From Phycisphaerae bacterium (GTDB lineage Bacteria > Planctomycetota > Phycisphaerae > UBA1845): a stretch of 64,000 nt of DNA. Where the stretch lies: the NCBI GenBank assembly GCA_020056715.1, contig JAGVHG010000073.1, positions 4,754-68,753 of the forward strand. Reading direction: 5' to 3'. Each line of letters opens with the position of its first letter. The first letter of the stretch is position 1. The translations under genes were made by a program, and so were the position numbers. The notes under the pieces were generated by a model, which was not told the origin of the DNA, searched no databases, and worked only from the letters and a program-made list of their open reading frames with translations. Shown here piece by piece: positions 1-8,412 of this stretch.

Positions 1-758
1 TCGACGTAGAGGACACCCACGACATCGCCGTGATAGGTCAACGGCGCGACCACCGCGGTGACGGCGTAGCCCAGCTTGGCGTTTAACTGGCCGGCGGTTT
101 GCGGATAGCGACCGGCCACATTTTGGAGCAACGGGGCGAGCACGAACGACTGGCTCGCCGGCGTCAGCGACCCACTTGGCGGTCGCTTCAACGCTCTTTG
201 TACGAGCGGTCGAAGATCGGCCTTCCCCTCACCGCGTAGGGCGATCATGCCCCGTTCGCCTTGTAAGTCCAGGATGATCTGCCCCAGAGCGGCCGCGGCG
301 ATGTCCTCCGCACGCGCGGTGAGCGGCTGATCGCCGACGAGCTGGGCTAATTGTTCGATCTGCGGGATGGTTAGCGATACCGGGGCCTTGAGCTTCACCC
401 ATTCGCAGTCCGGCGGTTCGGTTCGATCGGGGGTGAGGAACTCTAAGTCCGGCGCGTCGGGCCGCGTGGAGTCGTCGAGGAACTCCAACACCCGGTCCCC
501 AGCCCGGACGATGTCCCCGCCGATCAAAAGCGTCTCGGTAATCAGCTCACCGTTGACGTAGGTCTTGTTGCGGCTGCCTAGGTCACGGATGCGATATCGT
601 CCATTGCTTTCCAGGTCGATCCTCAGATGCTCGCGGGAGATCATGTCAGAATCGAGAATGAGCTGCGACGTCGGCGCCCGGCCGATCAAGAAGTGCTCTG
701 AATCCAACAGTTTCGTCTGCAGCCGACCGGCGTCATCCAGGTATCGAAGCGCACCCAT
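1..758 (-). CDS. FHA-domain protein, N-terminal part (ORF runs off the left window edge)
   Basis: Not in the ORF track because it is open at the edge. My translation from the ATG at 758-756 (minus) reads MGALRYLDDAGRLQTKLLDSEHFLIGRAPTSQLILDSDMISREHLRIDLESNGRYRIRDLGSRNKTYVNGELITETLLIGGDIVRAG. This shows the G-R..S-R-x-H..N-x-T-Y-V-N-G pattern of FHA domains. The distal part (..GMIALRGEG..APLTYHGDVVGVLYV) looks GAF-like. Confidence 0.7.
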   Translation of the reverse strand, partial: MGALRYLDDAGRLQTKLLDSEHFLIGRAPTSQLILDSDMISREHLRIDLESNGRYRIRDLGSRNKTYVNGELITETLLIGGDIVRAGDRVLEFLDDSTRPDAPDLEFLTPDRTEPPDCEWVKLKAPVSLTIPQIEQLAQLVGDQPLTARAEDIAAAALGQIILDLQGERGMIALRGEGKADLRPLVQRALKRPPSGSLTPASQSFVLAPLLQNVAGRYPQTAGQLNAKLGYAVTAVVAPLTYHGDVVGVLYV

Positions 759-870
759 CGGCGGACACTATAAATCCAACGGCTTGTAGGGCAAGTCGCT
801 CATCCCGTGTTGGTTGTGGCACCGGTTGTCAATCGGGTATGTGTTTAGTGTCCGGCGCGTACGCCGAGTG

Positions 871-952
871 CCACTGTTGGAACAACAGTGGTCTTCCTTC
901 CGGGACAAACCCACTGCTCAAGAGCAGTGGCACACTCCGTCAGTGGCACCCC
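871..952. repeat. REP-like composite of GTGCCACTG-type hairpins, copy A
   Basis: Hairpins CCACTGTTG-GAA-CAACAGTGG (871-891) and CCACTGCTC-AA-GAGCAGTGG (911-930) are followed by CACAC and CAGTGGCACCCC (941-952). The same ordered motifs recur at 54824-54980. Confidence 0.6.
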
Positions 953-1163
953 GGCATAAACCGGCCTCCAATGGCTTCCCCAAATTACATTCGTTCGACG
1001 GCGTTGCATTGTACCAAACGGCGTGCATCGAAACAAGCCCCTATTGGGGTAGGTCTGCAGCGTCACATAGGTGGTGCCCCCCGGCGGCTTGCAAGCATTT
1101 TCATCCTCTGGTAAGTTCCGCTAAGCGCCCGCAGGGTCGCGGGCCGATGTTTTTTCCAGACGC

Positions 1164-1194
1164 CGTCAGCTCCAAGTCCCTTGAGACCTGGAGC
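1164..1194. repeat. 31-nt hairpin element, copy 1 (upstream of smc)
   Basis: CGTCAGCTCCAAGTCCCTTGAGACCTGGAGC. The stem GCTCCAAGTC/GACCTGGAGC has one mismatch. It is nearly identical to 4818-4848. Confidence 0.6.
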
Positions 1195-1246
1195 AAGTAT
1201 TGGGCCATAACCGGCGGTCTACGGGGCGCATGGAGGTGCCCGAAAC

Positions 1247-4200
1247 ATGCTTCTTAAACGTGTAACACTCTGCGGATTCAAGAGTTTCTCGGACTCGGTC
1301 GACTTCGACTTCGGGCCGGGGGTGACCTGTATTGTCGGCCCCAACGGGTGCGGCAAGAGCAACGTCGTGGACGCCTTCAAGTGGGTCCTGGGTGAGCAAT
1401 CGGCCCGTTCCCTGCGCGGGCGGCAGATGTCGGACATGATCTTCAACGGGTCCAGCAGCCGAAAAAGCAGCGGCGTGGCCCAGGTGGACCTGGTCTTCGA
1501 CAATACCGACCGGACCCTGCCCGTCGATCAGACCGAGATCACCGTCACCCGCAAACTCTACCGCTCCGGGGAGAGTGAGTACTTGCTCAACCGCGAGGTC
1601 GCCCGGCTAAAGGACGTCCGCGAGCTGTTTATGGACACGGGCATCGGGGTGGACGCCTACTCAGTGATCGAGCAAGGCCGGGTGGACCAGCTTCTGCAAA
1701 GCAGCCCCGTCGATAGGCGGATCATCTTTGATGAAGCCGCCGGGATCAGCAAATACAAGGCCCGCAAGCGTGAGGCCGAACGTAAGTTGGAGCGTACGCA
1801 GCAAAACCTCCTCCGCGTGGCGGACGTGATCGAGGAGTTGGAAAAGCGGCTTCGCAGCGTGAAGCTCCAGGCGGGCAAGGCCCGCAGCTTCAAAGAATAT
1901 CAAGTTAGACTTAACGAATTACGCTCCAGCTACGCGATGGCGGAGTATCACCGCTTCACGGGCGACATCAGCCGAGTGAGCCGTGAAACGGAAATGTGCA
2001 ACGATCGCATCACCGGCCTGCGTACGGACATTGATCGCAACGAAGCCGACGAGTCGCAGGTGACGCTGGAGCTGGACGCCCTGGCCGAGCAGATCAATCA
2101 TGCGGACAACGAGGTCGTTCGGGCGAAATCCAACCTCGCGGCTCAGGAGGAGCGCATCGAGGCGTCGCGACGCCGTGCGGAGGAGCAACAGGCCCAACGA
2201 ACTCGCGGCGCCGAACGACTGCAATCCGACGCCCGCCGACTCGAAGAATCGCAAAGTGAACTCGCCCAGATACAAGAGTCGGCCATCGATCTGCAACGCC
2301 AGACCCACGAACTTCACGCTCGAATCGCCGATTTGAACGAGCAAGACCGCTCCTTGGCCCGTGACCTGACCCAGGCCCAAGCCATCCTGGAGGACGAGAA
2401 GGCCGGAATCATCGACCTGCTGCGAAAGAGCGCCCAGACGCATAACGAGATCACCCGCCTCAACACCCATCGGGAATCGCTCGTCGGTCAGAAAGGCCGC
2501 CTGGCGCTGCGGGACGTGCAGATCGCGGGCGAACTGGAGTCGGCCCTTGAACAGAAGGCTCAGTTCCAACGCCGATTACAAGAAGTCGAAGCTCTGATTG
2601 TCGAGGAAAGCCGCAGGCTCGACGAAAAAAAGCTGGAATCCGCCCGCGTTCACGAAATGCGCCAACGGCTCATTGAAGAGCTTGCCCACACCAAGGAGCG
2701 GCGAAGCGCCCTTTTCTCGCGGCGGGATCTGCTCAACGACTTGCAGCAGAAGATGGACGGCGTCGGCGAGGGCGTCCGCAAGTTGCTCGACGAAAGTCGG
2801 CAGGAGAACCACCACCGCGCCCTCAATGGAGTGGTTGGTTTGGTTGCGGACCTGATCGACACCGACGTGCAATATGCCTCGATCATCGAGGCGGTGCTCG
2901 GCGAGTCCGACCAAAGTCTCGTTATCTCTGACAGCGAAGCGTTTCTATCGCATCCGGAGTTGTTTAGCGATCTGCCTGGTCGGCTGACCGTACTGTGCGC
3001 TGACCGCTTGCCGCCCGTGGTCAATCCCCGCGATTTTACGGGGCAGCCGGGCTTCGTCGCCCGTGCGATCGAACTGGTGCGGTTCCCTGGAGCGCACGAA
3101 ACGGTCGCCCGTCATCTGCTGGGCAAGACGATCGTCGTGGAGACCTTGGAGGACGCTCTGGCACTGGCGCGATCGGACGTGTTCGGACATCGCTTCGTCA
3201 CTCGGCGAGGCGAGGTGCTCGAACCCGACGGGCGAATCAGCCTGGGGCCGTCGGCGTCGACGGCGGGCTTGATTTCACGCAAGAGCGAGCTGCGCGACAT
3301 TGACGTTCAGTTGAGCGACATCGACGGACGGATCGTCACGCTCACCGATCAACTCAACCGCACCCAGGCCGAGGTCAGCCACCTCGACGGCGTGCAGCAA
3401 GAGCTTCGCACCGCGATCTACGAATCGAACACCGCCAGGGTCGAGGCCAACGCCGCACTGCACAACATCGCCGAGACGGTGCATAGGCTTACCGGCGAGC
3501 AGCCGCTGATCGCTCGTGAGGTCGCGTTCATCGAACAGCAGATCAATGAGGTGTTGGACAAGAGCGCCGAAGGCGGGAAATCACTCGAAGCCATCGAACA
3601 AGAGAATAAAGAGCGCGAGCGACTTGTAACCTTACACCAGGAGCGCATCGACGGCGTAGTCACTTCCCGTCGCGAGGTGCAAGAGCAGGTTACTCAGGCC
3701 AAGGTTGCAGCCGGGCAGCTCATCGAAAAGCGAGCCGCCGCGGCCGAGACCATCAACACCCTGCGGCGGAGCATTCACGAACTGGAGACCACCGTCGTCT
3801 CCGTGAAACATGATATCGAGCAATGCGAGGCCCGGATCACCGACGCGGAAAACACGATGACCGTCGCCCGCGAGCAATCGACCTTGCTGACCGCGGAAAT
3901 CCAAAAACTCGAAGCGGCGGTCATGGAACTTCGCAATCATCGCGACGATCTGCGGCAGAACCTTGAAACGCTCACCCACACGGTGAAAACAGCCCGAACT
4001 GAGCTTGCCGCCGAGGAAGCCCGTCTGCACGAACACCTGATGTCCCTCGCCCAAACCAACGTCCGCCGCGACGAACTCGTGGCCCGCATCATTGACGAGA
4101 TGGGTGTCAACCTCTCCGAGCGGTACACGCAGTACGAGCACCAGGAGCAAGATTGGGAGCGGGTGGAGGCCGAGATCGTTGAGCTGCGCGGCAAGATGGA

Positions 4201-4813
4201 CCGGCTCGGCAACGTAAACCTCGACGCCATCGCCGAGCTGGAAGAGTTGGAACAACGACACTCCTTCCTCACCGGTCAACGCGACGACCTGAATGAATCG
4301 TACCGCCAGCTTGAGCAGCTCATCGTGAAGCTCAACGAGGAATCGCAGGAGCGGTTCAAGACGGCCTTCGAGCAAATCCGGGAGAATTTCCGCGTCCTGT
4401 TCCGCAAACTGTTCGGCGGCGGCCGCGCGGATATCATCCTGGAAGATCCGGCCAACGTCCTGGACTGCGGCATCGAGATCGTCGCCCAACCGCCGGGCAA
4501 AGAGCTTCAAGCGATCTCCTTAATGTCCGGCGGTGAAAAGTCGATGACCGCGATCGCACTCTTGATGAGCATCTTCAAGACCCGGCCGGCGCCGTGCGCG
4601 ATCCTCGACGAAGTGGACGCGGCGCTCGACGAAGCCAACAATGAACGCTTCAACCGCATTATTAAGGAGTTCGTCACCGAGGCCCAGTTCATCGTCATCA
4701 CCCACTCTAAGCGTACGATGGGCATCGGCGACCGCCTGTACGGCATCACCATGCAGGAGCCGGGCGTCTCCACGCGGGTGAGCGTGCAGCTCGGCAACGC
4801 CAACGTGGCGTAG
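1247..4813 (+). CDS. smc: chromosome segregation protein SMC
   Basis: 1188 aa. N-terminal Walker A FGPGVTCIVGPNGCGKSNVVDAFKWVLGEQSARSLRG, long coiled-coil arms, a hinge region, and C-terminal LSGGEKSMTAIALL signature plus Walker B ILDEVDAALD. Confidence 0.97.
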   Translation: MLLKRVTLCGFKSFSDSVDFDFGPGVTCIVGPNGCGKSNVVDAFKWVLGEQSARSLRGRQMSDMIFNGSSSRKSSGVAQVDLVFDNTDRTLPVDQTEITVTRKLYRSGESEYLLNREVARLKDVRELFMDTGIGVDAYSVIEQGRVDQLLQSSPVDRRIIFDEAAGISKYKARKREAERKLERTQQNLLRVADVIEELEKRLRSVKLQAGKARSFKEYQVRLNELRSSYAMAEYHRFTGDISRVSRETEMCNDRITGLRTDIDRNEADESQVTLELDALAEQINHADNEVVRAKSNLAAQEERIEASRRRAEEQQAQRTRGAERLQSDARRLEESQSELAQIQESAIDLQRQTHELHARIADLNEQDRSLARDLTQAQAILEDEKAGIIDLLRKSAQTHNEITRLNTHRESLVGQKGRLALRDVQIAGELESALEQKAQFQRRLQEVEALIVEESRRLDEKKLESARVHEMRQRLIEELAHTKERRSALFSRRDLLNDLQQKMDGVGEGVRKLLDESRQENHHRALNGVVGLVADLIDTDVQYASIIEAVLGESDQSLVISDSEAFLSHPELFSDLPGRLTVLCADRLPPVVNPRDFTGQPGFVARAIELVRFPGAHETVARHLLGKTIVVETLEDALALARSDVFGHRFVTRRGEVLEPDGRISLGPSASTAGLISRKSELRDIDVQLSDIDGRIVTLTDQLNRTQAEVSHLDGVQQELRTAIYESNTARVEANAALHNIAETVHRLTGEQPLIAREVAFIEQQINEVLDKSAEGGKSLEAIEQENKERERLVTLHQERIDGVVTSRREVQEQVTQAKVAAGQLIEKRAAAAETINTLRRSIHELETTVVSVKHDIEQCEARITDAENTMTVAREQSTLLTAEIQKLEAAVMELRNHRDDLRQNLETLTHTVKTARTELAAEEARLHEHLMSLAQTNVRRDELVARIIDEMGVNLSERYTQYEHQEQDWERVEAEIVELRGKMDRLGNVNLDAIAELEELEQRHSFLTGQRDDLNESYRQLEQLIVKLNEESQERFKTAFEQIRENFRVLFRKLFGGGRADIILEDPANVLDCGIEIVAQPPGKELQAISLMSGGEKSMTAIALLMSIFKTRPAPCAILDEVDAALDEANNERFNRIIKEFVTEAQFIVITHSKRTMGIGDRLYGITMQEPGVSTRVSVQLGNANVA

Positions 4814-4817
4814 ACTG

Positions 4818-4848
4818 CGTCAGCTCCAAGTCCCTTGAGACTTGGAGC
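4818..4848. terminator. 31-nt hairpin element, copy 2 (5 nt after the smc stop); likely terminator
   Basis: CGTCAGCTCCAAGTCCCTTGAGACTTGGAGC with a perfect 10-bp stem GCTCCAAGTC/GACTTGGAGC and a 6-nt loop. Same element as 1164-1194. Confidence 0.55.
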
Positions 4849-4903
4849 GATGGATAGGCCCTGAGCGTTGACGGCAGTCGTGCTTTTGCTAGGCTCCCCT
4901 CTT

Positions 4904-5806
4904 ATGAAGATCGGGTTTAGTTCGTTGGTTTGCCCCACGTGGAACCTGGAAACCATCGTCGCCAACGCGGCGAAATTTGGCTATCAAGGCATCGAGCTTC
5001 GCGGCCTGTGCGGAGAGCTGCATCTGCCGCTTGTGCCCGAGTTGGCCCGCGACCCGGAGGCCGTCCGCCGTTTGTTCTCCGACAACAAGGTCGAACTCGT
5101 TTGCTTGGGCGCCTCGGCGACGCTTACCTCGAAAGCACCTCGTGTTCTCGCCGGGCAAAAGGGCGCGGTGACGGAGTTCATGGAGTTGGCCTCGAAACTC
5201 GGCTGCCCGTACGTTCGGATCTTCGTGGGCGAAGTGGACCGATGGGACAATCAACGGGCGGCGCTCGCCCGGATCGCCGAGGCGTTGATTTCACTGGCCC
5301 CCATCGCCGCGCGACTGGGCGTTACCCTGCTGGTGGAAAACGGCGGCGACTTTCCGGGCAGCGCGGATTTGTGGTTCCTGATCGACGCCGTCGCTCACCC
5401 GGCGGTGGGATGTTGCTGGAACCAGTGCCACGCGATGACCCTTGGCGAACGAGCAACCAATTCTGTCCCGCGGCTGGGCAATAAGATCGGGATGGTCCAT
5501 CTCTGTGACGGCAAATTCGATGAAGCCGGAGCGCTGCTTAGCTACGCGCTCCCGGGTGAAGGGGACATTGGGGTCAAGCGGCAGATCGAGATTCTGAAAG
5601 GATTGCTCTACGACCGGTATCTGATGTTCGAGTGGCCTAAGCTGTGGGTCGACTCGTTGCCAGCGCCCGAGTCGGTGTTGCCGGAAGTCGCCAAGTTTCT
5701 CCGGGAGACGATCGACGCCAAGCAGTCGATCCTTTCCGCCTACAAGGGTGACAAGAACGCCCCCAAGTTGGCCTCCCGCGGCGTGCCGACCAACGCCGCT
5801 TCATGA
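4904..5806 (+). CDS. sugar phosphate isomerase/epimerase (xylose isomerase-like TIM barrel) family protein
   Basis: MKIGFSSLVCPTWNLETIVANAAKFGYQGIELRG.., ..YVRIFVGE.., LLVENGGDF.., HLCDG. This layout is typical of the AP-endonuclease-2/xylose-isomerase-like TIM family. I prefer the ATG at 4904 over the TTG at 4868 given in the track. Confidence 0.8.
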   Translation: MKIGFSSLVCPTWNLETIVANAAKFGYQGIELRGLCGELHLPLVPELARDPEAVRRLFSDNKVELVCLGASATLTSKAPRVLAGQKGAVTEFMELASKLGCPYVRIFVGEVDRWDNQRAALARIAEALISLAPIAARLGVTLLVENGGDFPGSADLWFLIDAVAHPAVGCCWNQCHAMTLGERATNSVPRLGNKIGMVHLCDGKFDEAGALLSYALPGEGDIGVKRQIEILKGLLYDRYLMFEWPKLWVDSLPAPESVLPEVAKFLRETIDAKQSILSAYKGDKNAPKLASRGVPTNAAS

Positions 5807-5837
5807 TACGACAGCCACACGGTCTTAAGGATTTACA

Positions 5838-7298
5838 TTGGTGATCGTCGCGGACGCGCAGGGCTGGGCGGCGGAATGGTCCGGTTCGCTCACCGCCATA
5901 CTGCTGGGCGGCGCGATCATCAGCTTGGCCTGTCGACGTCTTCTCCCGCGTGGTTCGGCGTGGGTGGGATTTGTCTTCTTTCTCAGCGCCGCGGGCGCGA
6001 TTGCGTTCGTCCGATTCCTCACCCTGACCACCACGCCGACTCAACACGTCGCGTGGTTGTGCGTCTTCCTCTGCCTCTTCTGGTCCCTCGTAACCGCCGC
6101 GGCCACGGCGAGGCGACGGCACATTGCCGACGCAACGGCTGTGGCGAGATTGGATTTCATCTCCCTTAGCCGGTTGGCGGCTATGTTGTTCGGCGTAGTG
6201 ACGGCCATTATCCAATCCGTCGTACTCGTCATGCGTATGATCTACGTGGGAGTGGACATCATTCACGGTTACCCCTGGGAAGGCGTTCCCGATTACGGCT
6301 TTGGCCCAATGGGTCTGTGGAGTCTCGCCCTTCTTTTTCTATCCTGCGCAATCGGACTGCTCTCCACCGGTGCACGTCGTCTGGCGACGGTCCAGCTTTG
6401 GACGGCGGTATTGCTCACCCTCTGGGCGTGCCTGCTTTATCCGCCATTTCAAGCGAATGCCTCCGGCGCGTTTGAACGCACCAGCGGTACGCTACTGCTG
6501 CTCGCGTCCCTTTCGATGGTGTTGACAGGAGCCGTTTTGGTCGAGGGATGGTTCGCGAATCACCGCCGAACCGATAGTGAATCTTCGAAGGCTTCGCGGC
6601 GCGAGACCCCGGGATTCACCGCAAGTTGCGGCGTGTTGGCGATCGTGATCATCGTTCTCACTTGTTATCACTTGCTCGTTCCCGTGCGGACGATGTGGGG
6701 CGGGTTCCGAGGTTCCACGCTGTCGGTTTTCGTCTCGGGCGCAGTAGCCGCGGGGGGAAGTTTCCTCTTATTAGACCGCAGTTGGAGCGACAATTTGGCG
6801 GATGCGTCCTTGGGTTTGGCCTCACTGAGCTTGTGCGGACTGGCGATGCTGGCCGTTCCCAGTTTGCCCACGTCGCTAGCCGAGCGGTATCCGATGATGT
6901 TCAACGCCATGATCGTTGGGCTGACCTTGGCGACGGGGCTGTGGGCTTGGTTTTCATGTGTTCGGCCCGCACAGCTCGACGACGGCGAGCCGGGGACGAC
7001 GGCCGTCCGGTTGATTCCCCATGCTCAGCGCTTCGCCTTCCTCAGCGCCGCCCTCGCTCTGGTCGCGGGAGCATTGATGACCTATTGGCCTCGTATGCCC
7101 TCGATTGCCGGCATGGATCATTCCCTGGGACGAATTACCGCGGGCCTCGCGGCACATCTTTTCCTGGTCCTGGTCATGCTTTGGTGTTCGCGGCGACTGC
7201 GCAGCATAACATTTCATCTCTTGACCGTAATGGCCGTCGTGTCGACGGCGGGGTTCATTATCATCCGCATGGCCCCGTTCGCCTCGCGGTTGGGATGA
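5838..7298 (+). CDS. polytopic integral membrane protein, unknown function
   Basis: 486-aa ORF with about 12 hydrophobic segments and no recognisable motif. Starts on TTG/GTG (5838/5841). The overlapping ORFs are Arg/Gly-rich shadow frames. Confidence 0.6.
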   Translation: MVIVADAQGWAAEWSGSLTAILLGGAIISLACRRLLPRGSAWVGFVFFLSAAGAIAFVRFLTLTTTPTQHVAWLCVFLCLFWSLVTAAATARRRHIADATAVARLDFISLSRLAAMLFGVVTAIIQSVVLVMRMIYVGVDIIHGYPWEGVPDYGFGPMGLWSLALLFLSCAIGLLSTGARRLATVQLWTAVLLTLWACLLYPPFQANASGAFERTSGTLLLLASLSMVLTGAVLVEGWFANHRRTDSESSKASRRETPGFTASCGVLAIVIIVLTCYHLLVPVRTMWGGFRGSTLSVFVSGAVAAGGSFLLLDRSWSDNLADASLGLASLSLCGLAMLAVPSLPTSLAERYPMMFNAMIVGLTLATGLWAWFSCVRPAQLDDGEPGTTAVRLIPHAQRFAFLSAALALVAGALMTYWPRMPSIAGMDHSLGRITAGLAAHLFLVLVMLWCSRRLRSITFHLLTVMAVVSTAGFIIIRMAPFASRLG

Positions 7299-7306
7299 TT
7301 AGAAGC

Positions 7307-7393
7307 GAATTGACAATTGCCGATTGCCAATTAACGATGAGGCGTGCGGTTGTGTTCCGTCGCGTAATCGGCAATTGGCAATCGGCAATCAGG
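7307..7393. terminator. inverted arrays of heptad repeats (AATTGCC-type) between the membrane protein gene and dtd
   Basis: Left arm gaattga-caattgc-cgattgc-caattaa (7307-7336). Right arm cgtaatc-ggcaatt-ggcaatc-ggcaatc (7363-7393). GGCAATT is the reverse complement of AATTGCC, so the arms can pair in several registers. Confidence 0.5.
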
Positions 7394-7408
7394 CGGCGGT
7401 GCTACTGA

Positions 7409-7858
7409 ATGCGTGCGGTCGTACAGCGAGTCAGCGAAGCCACTGTGGCGGTGGATGGCCGATCCGTCGCCGCCATCGAACATGGGCTGCTGGTCTATCT
7501 CGGTGTGGCCGCTGACGACGGCGATGCGGACCTGACATACATCGTCGACAAAGTGCGGCACTTACGAATCTTTTCCGACGAAAATGAGCGGATGAACCTC
7601 GATGTGGACCAAGCGGGCGGCAAAGTGCTCGTGGTGAGCGCTTTTACTGTGCATGCCGACGCTCGGCATGGGCGGCGGCCATCGTTTCAGGGTGCGGCCC
7701 CGCCGGACCGTGCCCGCGTTCTGTATGAACTGTTCTGCGATGCTCTTGTCCGAAGCGGCCTCATCGTGCAACGCGGCTCGTTTGGAGCGATGATGGCCGT
7801 GCAGTCCGTCAACGCCGGTCCGGTCTGTGTCCTGCTCGATTCCCGAAGAACGTTCTAG
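7409..7858 (+). CDS. dtd: D-aminoacyl-tRNA deacylase
   Basis: 149 aa. MRAVVQRVSEATVAVDG.., GLLVYLGV, NLDV.., VLVVSAFTV..RHGRRPSF..AAPPDRARVLYE. Collinear with Dtd over its full length. Confidence 0.93.
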   Translation: MRAVVQRVSEATVAVDGRSVAAIEHGLLVYLGVAADDGDADLTYIVDKVRHLRIFSDENERMNLDVDQAGGKVLVVSAFTVHADARHGRRPSFQGAAPPDRARVLYELFCDALVRSGLIVQRGSFGAMMAVQSVNAGPVCVLLDSRRTF

Positions 7859-7861
7859 ACT

Positions 7862-7897
7862 CCTCTCCCCTTGAGGGGAGAGGCTGGGTGAGGGGTG
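7862..7897. repeat. CCTCTCCCCTTGAGGGGAGAGG hairpin element; bidirectional terminator between dtd and clpS
   Basis: Perfect stem CCTCTCCCC/GGGGAGAGG followed by CTGGGTGAGGGGTG. An inverted near-copy lies at 55039-55076. Confidence 0.6.
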
Positions 7898-7927
7898 CAA
7901 CCCGCGATCTTACTGTCACCCCGAGTT

Positions 7928-8275
7928 TTATGCCCCGTCGGGTTCGATCGTGACCGTGATCTTGAAGGTGGTGAACTGCTCGTGGTACAGCTCGGCCCGT
8001 TCTTTGTGGGTGACCAGCAGCAGGGCGACGCCGGTTTCGTGGGCTTCGAGCGTCCGGAGTACGGCCTCTTGCGGTTGCAGCGTGGTCAGCTTGAGGATTG
8101 CCGCGATCACGCTCTCGAAGGTGTTGACCTCGTCGTTGTGTAGAAGAACCTTGAAAGGCGGCAGTTGCTTGGGCCGGCGCTTCGTAACCGCCGGCTTTTT
8201 CGCCGGCACCGTTGCTATAGCGTTTCCATCGCCCGTTTCCGTCAATTCCGCCGTTTGCAATCCGTGGTCCGCCAT
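7928..8275 (-). CDS. clpS: ATP-dependent Clp protease adaptor ClpS
   Basis: 115 aa. Core PPFKVLLHNDEVNTFESVIAAILKL..QEAVLRTLEAHETGVALLLVTHKERAELY matches the ClpS fold signature. Confidence 0.9.
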   Translation of the reverse strand: MADHGLQTAELTETGDGNAIATVPAKKPAVTKRRPKQLPPFKVLLHNDEVNTFESVIAAILKLTTLQPQEAVLRTLEAHETGVALLLVTHKERAELYHEQFTTFKITVTIEPDGA

Positions 8276-8412
8276 AATTCGCCTGTACCATCATTCCTTA
8301 CGATGAAGAGCCCGCAATCCTTCCCTGCGGTACTTCCTCATAAGTATACATCAACCCGACCCTTGCGCCAAGTGGGGCTCGACGGTATCGGGGTCAAATG
8401 CTAACGGGGCAG

